Shown one piece after another: positions 12,831 through 26,402 of a DNA stretch of 64,000 bases. The position numbers and the translations under genes are program-made. Source of the DNA: Octopus sinensis. Taxonomy: Eukaryota. The notes under the pieces were generated by a model. The model made no database searches. It was not told where the DNA came from and saw only the letters and a program-made list of their open reading frames with translations. The stretch spans positions 47,926,001 to 47,990,000 of the forward strand of contig NC_043003.1 in NCBI RefSeq assembly GCF_006345805.1, given 5' to 3'. The number at the start of each line of letters is the position of its first letter. The first letter of the stretch is position 1.

Positions 12831-13271
12831 ATACCATAAATGATGATGAAGATGACACTTTTCAAAATACTGAAGCATTTGTATGAAGTGTCTAAAAATC
12901 TTAAATTATATCTTAATAAGTTTACACCTGGTGTGATAATTCATTTGAGAACTACAGTATCAAGTGAATGAAAGACAGATCTCCTTTTGGTTGAAGTAAT
13001 ATTCCAAACAGATTTGATATAACATTCCTGATAGCTAGATGAACTGGTGAAATAGATGAGAGATAAATCTCTTCTTAGTTAAGGTGCCAGTCGATCACAG
13101 GTAGTATCACTCAGATGATCTGCCAGCTATTCTCAACAGCCCTGTGACCAGAATCAAGGTTCTGTCCTCCAATAACACAAAATGCTTGCAGTAGATTCAA
13201 ACTCAGAGTTCAGTAAGGCCAGTTGTTGTGAGGAAAGTAGAATAATATGTTTCTGGGACTCGTGTGTGAAG

Positions 13272-13341
<70 letters not shown>

Positions 13342-13580
13342 TGGCATTCATTTGTCAAATACAGGCCACATTGTCACATGGACTGTATTAGACAAATAAA
13401 TACCTGTAGTTCAAGTGATCTCACACTATATTCTTCTATACTCTTCATGGAAATTGAACTTGTTCACTGAGAGAATTCCTACGACTTCACCAGCCCCAAT
13501 TTCTGGCCTCCTAATTCTTATAGATCTTCATTGACTTCCTTAGATTTCAGAGTTTATTCTATGAATAGCTTGCTCATTAC

Positions 13581-13716
13581 CTTACCCACTGGGTCAAATT
13601 ACATTTCAAATACAAGAATGTCTCTTGCTGTTTTCCTAAGCGTCTTGGTTGGGATTTTGTGGAGGAGTCTTCAGTTGATTTGCGTTGGGCACGATGCCAG
13701 ACATACCACACACATC
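13581..13716 (-). CDS. Putative exon, frame ambiguous (DVCGMSGIVPNANQLKTPPQNPNQDA* or RCVWYVWHRAQRK...LTQW)
   Basis: Acceptor cttatatgtaacag|; tandem donors TGG|GTAAGG (exon end 13586) and AAG|GTAATG (exon end 13581); unique sequence, more GC-rich than its flanks. Confidence 0.45.
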
Positions 13717-13795
13717 CTGTTACATATAAGACTGGTGTGGCAGCATTCTATGATTATGGCTTTCTAACATAATTATATCTCCAGTCACTTCTTAC

Positions 13796-13847
13796 CGGAA
13801 TACTGTGGCCTTTGGAATTAACACCTGATTCATCCTTAAAGCTTAAG
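13796..13847 (-). CDS. Putative 52-bp exon (LSFKDESGVNSKGHSIP)
   Basis: Acceptor cttgttaatgcag|, strong donor CCG|GTAAGA; single open frame; 79-bp intron to the next exon. Confidence 0.4.
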
Positions 13848-14459
13848 CTGCATTAACAAGATTAATTTAGGTTCTCAGCTGTAGTCACTGATTGGAGAAA
13901 ATTAGAAACCAATTGCAGTACTTTATAGATCATGGAAGGATAAAAGACAAAGTTGATTTCAAAATGTAAGAAGCTGGAACTAAATACTTCAAGGCATAGT
14001 GTTTGGCCTTCTCACAGTTCTGGCATTGGAAGTTATTGTGTTAATTTTGAATTAATATATCATTTGCCCTAATTCACACAAACACACCTTTTAAAGAGAC
14101 ATAAATATGAGTCAATGAAAAGACCTCAACACGATTTCCTTGCCTGTCATAAACAGCAAATCATTCTCAAAATACACCTTACAGCCATTTAAAATAATAG
14201 GAAAACATATTGCATAATGTAGTTCTAGATATACAATACATGACAAAAAATGGGAAGGGTTGGCTGTCGCTAGTTTACTTTTGCTTATAAAAATCTGTTT
14301 GATCAGAACTGACCTGAAACTAAGCATACAACATACCAAGAAATCATATAAAAGAAAAAGAAACAAAGAACAATAGATATAAAATAAGTGTATCAGCATC
14401 AATGAGTATTTGACATGGGGGAAAAACCGTAGCTTAACGTCACTAACCACACCAACAAA

Positions 14460-14503
<44 letters not shown>

Positions 14504-14697
14504 TCCTGTCTACCAAAGGCACAAGGCTAGAAAATGTTTGTGGGGTGGGGACTAGTTGATTGCATTGACTCCTGGTGTTTCACTGGTACTTAATTTATCG
14601 AACCCCGAAAGGATGAAAGGCAAAGTTGATGTCAGAGGAATTTGAACTCAGCACATAGAGACAGACAAAATGCTTAGTGGCATTTTATGCAGCATGC

Positions 14698-14699
<2 letters not shown>

Positions 14700-14731
<32 letters not shown>

Positions 14732-16415
14732 TAATTCTTTTATTGGCCACAAGGGCTGACAAAAATTAATTATAACAAAAAAGGGACAAAACAGGATGAA
14801 AGGTTACAAAGGGTTTTGTCCATTTGTAAAAAAACCACGTAAAAACAGTGTAACAATCAAAAAGTATAACAACGAAAAACTCCCAATAGGGGGAGGCGCT
14901 TCGAAAGGTTCCTGGTGGAAAAACCCATAAAAGCCAACGGGATTCTGGTCAAAAGTGGAATAGAGAGCCCCTTTCTCCTTTTATATTACCTTTTTAAATC
15001 ACAGATGTAACCTCAGAATGGCTCTTTTCATACTAGCCATTCTTGCGACATTTATCCACCTTTCAGTAAACTTGCTATCGGACAGCACTTCCCTCTCTAC
15101 TCTCATCTTCCTTTTCAAGTGAAACTTGAAAAAGTTGATGAGGCCTGGGCCAAAGAGGAAAGTGTCTGACCTTAGCCTTTTCAAACGGGTCCACCATACC
15201 ACCCCTTTCGCTACAGTCACTAGGCAAAGGAAAACTGCCTTGCCCTCCCGGTTAACCCTTTCGTTACTGTATTTCTGACCAAAATACACCCCTTATGTGT
15301 TTCAATTAATTTCTAACGTAATCATAAATTTAGTCTGGTTTCATTAAACAACTATAACTTTTTTATTTATCAATATATTAATCTGATTTTTGGAAGATAA
15401 TTTAATGAAATATTCTCAACCAATTCTATACTATAATTTTTGTCACAAAGTGACTCTAATTGCAGGTAGATACAGGTAAATTCAACAAAATATAAAATTA
15501 AAATTTTGTTCAAACATCGCTATAGAAAATGGGTTATTCAATTGGGTATACAACAAAATTTTATGATAGAATTTGTTATTCTGGGTAACTTTCTGATACC
15601 CATAATAATATTTACGGCAAAATAGTCTTAATTTCATTTAAGGTTATGGGAAACCACAAACTATCGTTTCTTTCGCTTTGTTTACGTTTAGCGTAACGGT
15701 TCGTTTTCGCCGTAATGATTTCAAATAGGCTCATTCGAAAAAGTAAAAAGAAATAGTCTAAGGCTTTACTCCTCTGGGAAAGTCTGTGGCTTGGTCCAGT
15801 TTCTTCAGAAAAATCACCGAAAGAAACAGTTTTTAAATTTTCACTCCATTCAGGTGCCAATTCGTTTTCTTTATCGCTGTTGGAGCTCTCGAATTCACTG
15901 TTTTCACTTTCGGAAAATGAAACATCAGATTCATTATCAAATACCATGTGCTTTTTTTTTTCAGTCATAGAGTTAGATTTATGAAGGTCTTCAGTAGAAA
16001 ATCCTTCGAATTCTGACTCGCTGCTTGATATAATGAAATTCGTATCCATTTTTTGTCAGAATTACAAATTTTGAAAACACAATAGGAACAAATTTCGGAA
16101 AAAAATCTCTCAAAATTCACGGAATTAAAATTACACTTCGATTATTGTACAAAACTGTAGTTGAACTGTTTACGAAGTATAATACGTGTTTTCACGAATG
16201 TACTAAAGAGATTTGCTCTGATATTCTCATTTAAATATGAATAGGTAAATTCGGGCGGCTTTGGGCGGTTTGGTCACATTAACCAAAATTTTTTTCGGGC
16301 GGCTTTGGGCGGTTTGGTAACGAAAGGGTTAAAGGAGGTCGGCGGGGCAATCCTCACTATGGATTCAGCTGATAGCCGGATCCGTCCTATACGCGACAGT
16401 AGCTGTTCGACATAA
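14700..16415 (-). mobile_element. 5'-truncated LINE (L1/Tx1-like ORF2 C-terminus and 3'UTR) interrupted by piggyBac
   Basis: Frame reads through the TTAA junction (...IAPPTSF-NREGKAVFLCLVTVAKGVVWWTR...FTERW); (AAT)n tail at the left; ATGCTAATAAT occurs on both flanks (probable TSD). Confidence 0.65.
15256..16328 (-). mobile_element. Internally deleted piggyBac transposon
   Basis: TTAA duplication (15252-15255, 16329-16332), 12-bp TIR CCCTTTCGTTAC, subterminal direct repeats TTCGGGCGGCTTTGGGCGGTTTGGT; ORF 15612-16049 encodes a PGBD-type transposase N-terminus (ALDYFFLLF...TNRYA...WFPITLNEIK). Confidence 0.9.
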
Positions 16416-16892
16416 ATGCTAATAATAATAATAATAATAATAATAATGTCTTTCTTCCCCTTTTTCTCTATCACATGGCTTTGTAAATGGACAATTTAGT
16501 GTGGTTATTTTAATGGCCTACCATTAGAAACCAACTGCAGTACTTTACGGATCACTGAAAGATGAAAGGTAAAGTTGATTTCAAAATGTAACAAGCTGGA
16601 ACTAAATACTTCAAGGCATTGTGTTTGGCCTTCTCACAGTTCTGATATTGGAGGGTATTGTATCAATTCTGAATTAATATATCATGTGCTCTAATTCAAA
16701 CAAACACACCTTTAAAGACACATAAAGACCTCAACACGATTTCCGTGCCTGTCATAAATAGCAGGAATTCTCAAAACACACCTTACAGCTACTTAAAATT
16801 ATAGTTTCTCTGCCCTAGGTGTCAGGAAGACACGTGGCAAGAAATGGAAACAGAATAGAAAGAAGATGATAATGAAAATAATAATGATAATA

Positions 16893-17262
16893 ATAAGAGC
16901 ACACAGAGGCGCTGACCTCCACCAAGTTAACACCAACGTCCTCTCAACGATTAGCCGGACCTGATTTTTAAAATAAGAATATCTGAAATAAACTTGACCG
17001 CTCTCACAAACGAGAATACTAAAAATGAACCCGACCACTCTAAAAAATTAAGTAAAAAAAACAGAAAAATAATCCAGAATCCTTGTCTGGTACCAGATTG
17101 ATTCCAAAATATAATCAGTTTGTGCCAGTCATGTGGCCAAACATCCCTGAAAGTTTCATCCAAATCCATCCAGTGGTTCTTGAGATATCTTGTCCACGGA
17201 CAGACAAACAAACAAACACAACTGAAAACAATACCTCCGCTTTCACTAAAGCGGAGGTAATA
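16893..17262 (-). mobile_element. HINE/DINE-1-like (Helentron-associated) element
   Basis: Terminal hairpin ACCTCCGC/GCGGAGGT, (CAAA/CAGA)n tract, second ACCTCC.CCAAG sub-terminal motif. Confidence 0.55.
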
Positions 17263-19713
17263 ATAATAATTGTTTCAAATTTTGGCACAATTTTTTAGGA
17301 GGGGTGGGTTAGTTGGTTACATGGACCCCAGTACTTTATTTTATCAACCCTGAAATAATAACAAATCTTCCTTTGGATACTACTAACAATTTTTTATAAA
17401 GGGTACAAAACTATACATGTTTAAGGGGGAGGATACAGTCACTATTAGTCACCCCAAGTATTTGACTGGTCATTATTTTATTGACTCTGGAACAATGTAA
17501 GACGAACTTAGAAAAGAAAGGGATACTACAACAAAGTCTTTTGTTTACAGTTCCACTGATTTTGCAATCCACTGCCCTTATACAATGTACTAAACTATAC
17601 AGCACCCATGATAATTTCCATGAGAAGACAAAAGTTATGCTTAAAGTTCATCTTGCTTTTACCAGGACCTAATAAATGACTCCCTACATGGTTGTCTGAT
17701 CTAAACTAAAAGGACACAACAGATAACCCTTTAACATTTAAACCAACCGTATCCAGCCCAAATATTGTATCTGTTTGATGTTCAAATCAACCACAGCTGG
17801 CCTTTCATAACTTTCATAACTTACCCTACCATGTCATTCTAAAATGACACAATAACTTAGCGGTTCGGCAAAAGAGACCGATAGAATAAGTACTAGGCTT
17901 ACAAAGAATAAGTCCTGGGGTCTATTTGTTTGACTAAAGGCGGTGCTCCAGCATGGCTGCAGTGAAATGACTGAAACAAGTAAAAGAGTATAGGATTTTT
18001 TTAACATCGAATGACTAGGGGCGTTCCCCCTGAATAAAATAGGAATCAAAGGTGGAAAATGGTTGAGAAACACTGCATTAGGCAATGCAGTTCTAAATAC
18101 AGTACATCTTAAACCTTTTGTTTCCATAATTTGGTGGAAATAGACTTTGTTTCAATTAATTTTGAAAATAATGAAGAATTTAATAAAATAGCTTTGTCAC
18201 TATTAAGCTTGTGTCTTGAACTTAAATTAACACGAAATTTTGATGGGAAGTTTAAAACAAAAGTTTGTATAATAGAACCAGGGCCAGTTTTAGGCAAACT
18301 GGTATCAAAAGCGTTAAACAGACGGAATGGTCATGGCTAGAATATCTTTGATTATAAACCTTTGATCGAGGGTGACTTGGTGCTAAACAAGTTTACAACA
18401 AAAAAAAGAAGAAAAAGAAAAAAGAAAAAAACCCAAAGATAGTGAAGAAAATGCAACGTGTACATACTTCTACATTGCATCATATAATATATAATAATAA
18501 ACCACAGCTTGTTAGAATGACAAGATGGTTCTTAACCAGACACAGTCAAACTTTGTCAAGTAAAGGACATGAATTACATTTGGTTTTGCAACTGAACAGA
18601 TATATCTTTTATCCTTTTCCCCATCACTTGTTTCAGTCATTGGATTGCAGCTGTTCTATGGCACTTCCACAAAGGGGTTTCAGTCAAAAAAAATTAACGC
18701 TATTATTATTTTTTTTAAAGTCTGGTACTTTTTCTTACGGTCTCTTTTACCAAACTGCTAAATTACAGGAATGTAAACAAACACTGGCTGTCAGATGGTC
18801 AGGGGACAAGACAATCACAAACACACATACATATACATACATATATACGTTTACATTATCATCATCATCATCATCGTTTACCGTCCGCTTTCCATGCTGG
18901 CATGGGTTAGAGGGTTTGACTGAGGTCTGGAGAGCCAGCAGCTGCACCAGGCTCCAATCTGATCTGGCAAGGTTTCTACAGCTTGATGCCCTTCCTAATG
19001 CCAATCACTCCGAGAGTGTAGTGGGTGCTTCTTACATGCCACCGGCACAGGAGCCAGCCAGGTGGGCCTGGCATCAATCCCATTCAGATAGTGCTTTTTT
19101 TGGTTTTACTTGACTCAACCAGTCTTCTCAAGCGTATCATATTGCCTGACACATCAAGGGTACTTTTAAATGGGTCGAACATACAATACTGGCATCGGCC
19201 ATGACAGCAATCTCACTTTAGTTGCCGGGTCTTCTCAATCACAACATACCTTCACAGGTCTTTGTCTCCTGTCATTGCCTCTGTGAGGCCCAACATTCGA
19301 AGGTCATGCTTCACTACCTCATCCCATATCTTCCTGGGTTTATCTCTTCTACACACACACACACATTGTTTTATTTGTTTCAGTCATTTGACTGTGGCCA
19401 TGCTGGGGCACCGCCTTAAAGGGTTTTTAGTCAAAGAAATTGACTCCAGGAATTATTCTTCAGGACATGTCTGTTTGGTTAGGGATGCAACAGGGGAATA
19501 AAATAATGGTAACTATCACAAATGCCATTCTAGTAAGGATAAAAACAATCATCATTACTCATACTATCACCATAACAACAACAACAACAACAACCCAATG
19601 ATTCTACTAAACTCCTCCACCACAACAATCACTACTACTACTACTACCACTACTACTACTGGTGCTGCTGTTGTGGTCACAAGTATACCACTACTAACCC
19701 AATGAAAAATAAA

Positions 19714-19746
<33 letters not shown>

Positions 19747-19998
19747 AAGTTTTTCACTACAACCCCAATGACAAATAACCACCAACCCCACTACTACTGC
19801 TGCTGACTACAAGAAATAACTACTAGAACTGTTACTACCAAACCACAATAAGGACAACAGCTACTACTACCATAAAAAACAACTGTTATTATAATAATTG
19901 TTTACTACTGGCACCAACACCTCAATACCACTGCTACCACCACTGCCATCACAACAACACAGTAACCAACTCTGATCAAGAAGCTGATATATATTTAC

Positions 19999-20058
19999 TT
20001 TTGTCAGTAAAATAACTGGTTCCATACACTTGGCCTGATTCTACCCGCCTTGCCAGAA
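19999..20058 (-). CDS. Putative 60-bp exon (VLARRVESGQVYGTSYFTDK)
   Basis: Long polypyrimidine tract ending ctaattacag|, donor AAA|GTAAAT; only the phase 1/1 frame is open. Confidence 0.5.
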
Positions 20059-20334
20059 CTGTAATTAGAACACTGGAAACAATGGAGCAACAAAACAAGA
20101 CAAAAATGGTACGAGAAGTCCCCCACTACATGCCACACCAAACACCACTCAATTAGCAAACAGAATACTTTGGGATTAAATACCTGGCTCTGGAAATCTT
20201 CCAGAGTTGGTTGGAATTAAACAGATCAGGAATCTTTGTCAGCATTACTTTTGTTTTTAAATTTATATTGTACATTTATACTGCAATTGGAGGGCAATAG
20301 TTAGATGAATGCTTCAACTTACTGAGTTTATTCA

Positions 20335-20870
20335 ACCATGCACCCTCTTCTTGTTGTTAATAAGATTATAATTTTTCAAACTGGCTAATTTCTATGGGCT
20401 GGAAGCAAGCTAAACATCTGAAATATTTGCTTTCTCACTTGCTGGACGGAAACTACTGCCCTTCACATAATTATATACTAGCAATATCATCCGGTGTTGC
20501 TTGGGTTTGTTTCAAACTTTTAGAATTGGAATTTTTGAAAAGTAAAAATTTTGCATTATGTAGCTTGTTATTCTCTTTAAGTGAACATTTTTCTGGTTGA
20601 AATACACTGAAAAATGGTGATGCAGCAGTAAAAAAATTGTAAAAAATAGGGATTTTCATAGAAAAAAAGCACCTTTTTGATGTAAATAATTTTTGGTCTT
20701 AATATGGTACGATTTGAATTTTTTCTTCTACAGAAGGAAGAGCAAGTCTTCTTCTATCATACTCTCAATTTTGGTCAACTTGCGCTGCAGGGTCTCAGAG
20801 GAGATAGTGTTAGTTGAAGGCTACCAAACTTGCTATACACAGACAACTTCAGCTTTATATATATAGAGGT
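20335..20870 (-). mobile_element. Helitron-like non-autonomous element
   Basis: Minus start TCTATATATATAAAGCTGAAGTTGTCTGTG typical of Helitron-derived repeats; far end uncertain. Confidence 0.45.
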
Positions 20871-21219
20871 AAATATCCTCATCAACATCATCATTATCAA
20901 CATCATGGTCATAATGATGACATCATCATTATACATTTATTTTATCATGCTTGCATATGTTGAATGGAACTTTTGCAGCACAGTGTCTCACTCTTTGCCA
21001 TGATCCCTTGTCAAATCCTTTGTGAGTTTCAGCAAGCCAGCAAAACACAGATTTATAGCTGCTTGCTTATTCATTCATTTATATGCTGAGCCTGGAAGAT
21101 GGAACAGACAGTGCTCTTGATCTCTGCAGGAATTCCAAGACCTGTGAGACAGATGCTGTGAATGGTCTTCTTGAATCATTGCAAGTCAATACCTGTGTGA
21201 AAACACTAGTGGAGAGTGA

Positions 21220-22960
21220 CTTTTAAAGAGTTGATGTTCTGGGAAGGAAGTAGTGGTTAATGTGGATGGGTTCTGGTAAGGGAATGGAATAGCAATTGGA
21301 CACAACATGGGTGATGGAAGGAGGAGAGACATATGAATTGGAAACACCTGAGTAGAACAGCATGAGCTCAGCCAGATCCAAGGAACAGAAGTTGTTATAG
21401 TTGTGATAGAAAATGCAGAGAAAAGACAGTATATACAACCTATGGCCTAGAGGCTGGAGCATGTCTGTGAGTAATTTTATGCTAATCATTTGAGTGGCTC
21501 TTGTCTAAATGTGATGAAGCATGTCCATGTGTACAGCAGCAGCAACACTGTTTCTGGTGAGGAGTCACTACTCCATTGTAGGCCTCACATAAGCTTTATA
21601 GAGTGTTACTGACTGTTCAGGAATGTAGTATCTTCTGGCTCTGAAGAGAAGAGTCAGTTGGGATGAAGTAATCCTAGCTTTGTTGAGGATATGCTTTTCT
21701 CAAGAGAGATCTTCCTTAATTGAAGCCCAACTTTTGAAGGGTTTTAGTTGTGTGTTTCTTATTTTTCAGGAGATATGTCGTGTGATGAAGTTTCCTTGAA
21801 GGGCTATTTGCTGTTGAACAAAACAAGAGTGGCACATCTTCACTGGAAGATGTTTTCACAGTCTCTGTTCATCGAATCTGTGAAGGCTTGATATAGATAT
21901 CTAGGTTTCATGTGGATGATGCATGGTTGGGGCAGTTTAGGGAAGGATAAAGAGTAGTTTTATATATATATAAGAGAAGGAGTTGTTGGATAAGACAGCA
22001 AGTTTTCTCCAATGCTTATGTTTGTTTATTTATTTATTTACCTATTTATTTCTACCGTAACAATAATTTTTCAAAGTGGCAAATGAAAGCACCTGCTGTT
22101 TAGTAGTTCATTTCTGAGTTTAAAAGATAAGTTTATGTAATTTTCACTGATAATATTTACCAAATTGTCTACAGCAATAATACGATGAGCTAAAGTGTTT
22201 ATGACTTATTTAAATTGTATAGAAGTTACTATGGAATTTTTGTTAAAACAATTACTGTCTTAGAAACCAATATTGTTCCATGATGTCACTAGAAATTGTG
22301 AAAGTCTATATGAATTTCTTGAAGACTCTAAAGTAAAAAATTTAATATAGCTTAAACGTCATTGATATACAGAAAAAAGCTAGTAGGGTAAAACTGGTTT
22401 CTGGGAGATACCAGAGTTGATAGAATGAAAAACTGAAAGAGATTCATTAACACATGCCACAATACGATGATCTTAAAGGAAGCTACCAAACCAAAAGACA
22501 TGTGGATCACATAGAAGTGAAGGATTGAGAGGATAATTGCATGTCAGACATGGTCAAAAGATTTGCTGGTGTTGAGAGTGACAACACTGCTCTCACTGAC
22601 ATAGGAGAGTAGGTAAACTGAGGATTTGGTTTTATGGAAGCCATAGTAACGGTCATTCAGGAGGAAAAGAGAGATTTAAAGTGTTGGAAGATGTCATTGC
22701 TAATGATTATCTCCATTACCTTAGACATACTGGAAGTGGAGGTGATAGAATAATAACTGACAAGATTGGAGAGGTTGTTTTCTTGGGAATGGGACACAAT
22801 GTAATATATTTCCAAACATTAGGATATGTCCCAGAAAAGAAGGAATGAAAGTTTAGTAAGTATAAGGGCTGACTCTGAGGTACAGTATTTGAGGGTAAAA
22901 GAAAGCTATGGTGGTCTTGTTGGTTGAAGTGACCAGACATACTTCTGTAATTGCTGTATG
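21220..22960 (-). mobile_element. Degraded CR1/Jockey-group LINE RT
   Basis: YPNVWK...PIPKK, KSFDHVWH-like, SINSGISQ and YKA.VRPTME-like motifs on the minus strand, with many stops; interrupted at about 21990-22330. Confidence 0.65.
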
Positions 22961-23502
22961 TATTCAAGATGAGGTGTCAAGATGAAGGTGTGTGTGTGTT
23001 ACATCAGTTACTTCTAACAATTTGCACACATGCTAGTGTTTCTACTACACATATTAACATCTGAGAAAAAAAGAATGATACTTATTTGAATAGTAAAGAC
23101 CCACTAACAGATACCAACCAGTGGCTCACAGACATTGTTTTAACTCTGTTTCCACTTCCATACTATAACATCTACTCCTCAAAGCTAAGCTAGCAAGGTA
23201 TGTACTATGCCTACCCCAATCAAACTCTATATACTTTTGTGTTAGCACCCAAATCCAAACACTTTTATTCCAATCCTTACTCCCCTAGAACTACACCCTC
23301 TGGAATTCTCATATTGTTCACATTTTTGCCTATAGGCAACACTCAATGAAAGTCCAAGTAGCACAATCTCTCAGGTTACATGTAAATCTCATAGCAACAA
23401 CATTACCAAAACTGTATCAACCACACCAGTTTTGGCTAGTTTGGATACAGCATGGGTGCTGCTTCTCTTCCTCCAATACTTAACAAAGAAAAAATTATTT
23501 AA

Positions 23503-23724
23503 CACTTTTGTTACCATATTTCTGTTGAGATGCTCTGTGTTTCTTTCAAGTAATTTTAAATATAACAAAGAATTTAGTAAAATAACTTAGTTATCATTAA
23601 GCTAGTGTTAGGAACATTGATTGTGATTAAGGTTTGGTGGAAGATTTTAATTCAAAACTTATGTAAACAAGACATTTGTACTACAGAGCCAGAGGCGGTT
23701 TCAGGTAGGTTGGTAACAAAAGGG
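23503..23724. mobile_element. TTAA-target MITE, TIR related to the 15256 piggyBac
   Basis: TTAA-CACTTTTGTTACC ... GGTAACAAAAGGG-TTAA; related copies at about 18110-18318 and 32500-32705. Confidence 0.75.
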
Positions 23725-25746
23725 TTAAAACTTGGTTATACTGGTGTTTTAACAATCTCCCTCCTCACATTTTTTTTTAACTGACTGGCAGACTTTACTT
23801 TCTGTTGTATTCAAGAAAGTATGTGCAAACACTGAATATATACATATTTACACAACACTGGACAATGTTGTGTAAATATTTTCAAACATTGTTGAATTTT
23901 ATTGGGTAAATATTTTACTAAGTTGTGTAAATATTTTCCAATCTTGTGTAAATACTGTCCAGTATCAGGTAAAGTAATTGTTTCTTACATAAGCACAGGT
24001 GATGAATAAAATTGATTAAACTGATCCTAGTAGTATCTCACTAGTATTTTTTATTATTGAGCTTTACCCTACCCCATGGGATGAAAAATAATGTCTCTAC
24101 AGGTGCTGAATAAAGAATACCATGGAACAAAACCAAATACATTAAAAGGTACTTCACTTGGTGTTCTGCTGTTTCTGCCATGCTACTCTCTTTAACACTT
24201 TAGCATTCAGATTACTGTCAAATATAATGTTTATTTAATCAGATTGTTTGACAGTTTATTTTTAGGATGGCATTGTAGGGTGGGTGTGAAAGGCTTGATC
24301 AGGCCAGTTTGTACAATAAAAGAGGTAAATTATTTTGGCTGGCTATTGCTGGTTTAAATGCTAAAGGGTTAATGTGAAGTTATCCAAGGGTACCTCAAGG
24401 GTATTCCACTTAATTTCAAAGCTTTTCTTTCAGGGTATTTTTCAATTTGATCCCAAATACTTATAGAATCATTGAGTTAACCTAGTGAGAGCACTAAGCA
24501 GCAACACCCACTATCCTAAAATTACTATAAACATTAACACAATCATATCATATGCTATTAAAGAGAAATAGATCTACCAGAGTATATATATATATATATA
24601 TATATATGTTTATATATGCAGCCAACCAGGGAGACTCTAGATCAATGGTTCTTAACTGGGATCTTTATAAGACTTTGTTAGAATTCATCACCAACAAATT
24701 GGTTATATGTCTACAATACACAATATATTTTAACAATTATTTTTATACAATTTCTAATAATATTTACTCTTTTACTTGTTTCAGTCATTTGACTGTGGCC
24801 ATGCTGGAGCAGCACCTTTAGTCGAAGAAACTGACCCCAGGACTTATTCTTTGTAAGCCTAGTACTTATTCTAAGAACCACTAAGTTACGGGGGACGTAA
24901 ACACACCAGCATTGGTTGTCAAGCAATGCTGGGGGACAAACACAGACACACAAACATATACACACACATACATATATACGACAGGCTTCTTTCAGTTTCT
25001 GTCTACAAAATCTACTTACAAAGCTTTGGTTGGCACGAGGCTATAGTAGAAGACACTTACCAAGGTGCCACGCAATGGGACTGAACCCAGAACCATGTGG
25101 TTGGTAAGCAAGGTACTTACCACATAGCCACCCCCGCGCCCATATGTACTTACCACACAGCCACTCCTGTGCTCATATTTAATTAATATTTAATTATAAA
25201 AATCCAATAGGATTTTTAAAACTTCAAATGGTTATGAGGGTCCACTTGAGTAAAATAGGTATCAAAGGGGTCCACAGACAAAAAATGGTTGAAAACCACT
25301 GCTCTTGATACAGCAGCTGATTCTCCCTCAAATCTGATTTTACCATATTGAATAAAAGAAAGATACATTTGATACGGTAATCCAAGCCATAAATTAGAAA
25401 GAAAGAGAATAAGAAAAACAGGATCGTTATGGATGGAATATCTTTGATTACAAGCTTGATCAATCAGAATTGACCTGTGGCTAAACAGCAGCACATAATG
25501 CTATGCAATCTCCCCATCCATCCACACACATCTAACCACAACATTAACAGAACTAATTTGTTATTCAAACATTTACAGAAGCACCACATTATGCCAACAA
25601 AGCATGAAACATTAACATAACCTCAGAATTACGCAACAAAAACAATGGTTAAATCAACAGAAAAGAAATACCAGGTTATCCTAACATCGCATTAAAATAC
25701 CACCCCCACCCTTGGCCACCGTCACTGCTGAATAAGACACGTGTAC

Positions 25747-25785
25747 CTTTTTCAAGAGGTAAGGGATTATATTTGATTCTATCAA
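25747..25785 (-). CDS. Putative 39-bp exon (DRIKYNPLPLEK)
   Basis: Acceptor ctgttaattcag|, donor AAG|GTACAC; the phase 1/1 frame joins the 19999-20058 exon. Frame 0 is also open. Confidence 0.4.
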
Positions 25786-26020
25786 CTGAATTAACAGCTG
25801 ATATACTTTACTTTACTTTTACTTTTTACTTTTTACTCGTTTCAGTCATTTGGCTGCGGCCATGCTGGAGCACCGCCTTTAGTCGAGCAAATCGACCCCA
25901 GGACTTATTCTTTGTAAGTCTAGTACTTATTCTATCGGTCTCTTTTACCGAACCACTAAGTAAACACACCAGCATCGGTTGTCAAGCGATGTTGGGGGGA
26001 CAAATGCAGACACACACACA

Positions 26021-26065
<45 letters not shown>

Positions 26066-26367
26066 AAAATGTGTTATTATTCTACAAGGGGGTGCTGAAA
26101 AGTTCCTGGTTTTAAGGGTGTTGCAAAAGGCCTAGTTGGAGGCCCAAACTTCCAAGTTCTTTTACCGTGTGTATGTGTGTGAAGAGTGTATTAAGAAGTT
26201 CAATTATATATATTTGAGTCTGGTGAGTTGCCTATACTGCTAAGCACTTTATAGGTGCAAAACCAATGGTCACTCTATGACTGGCCAGAACTTTTGACTT
26301 CCTAAAAAATACATTACTGCTCTAATGCTTTAGAGTATGCTTCTTTTTTGGCTATATGAACTACTGA

Positions 26368-26399
<32 letters not shown>

Positions 26400-26402
<3 letters not shown>

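Larger units (their letters stand above)
13901..16799. repeat. ~290-bp diverged direct duplication (13901-14195 vs 16524-16799)
   Basis: Shared ATTAGAAACCAA.TGCAGTACTTTA...AAGCTGGAACTAAATACTTCAAGGCAT...CACCTTACAGC. Confidence 0.85.
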
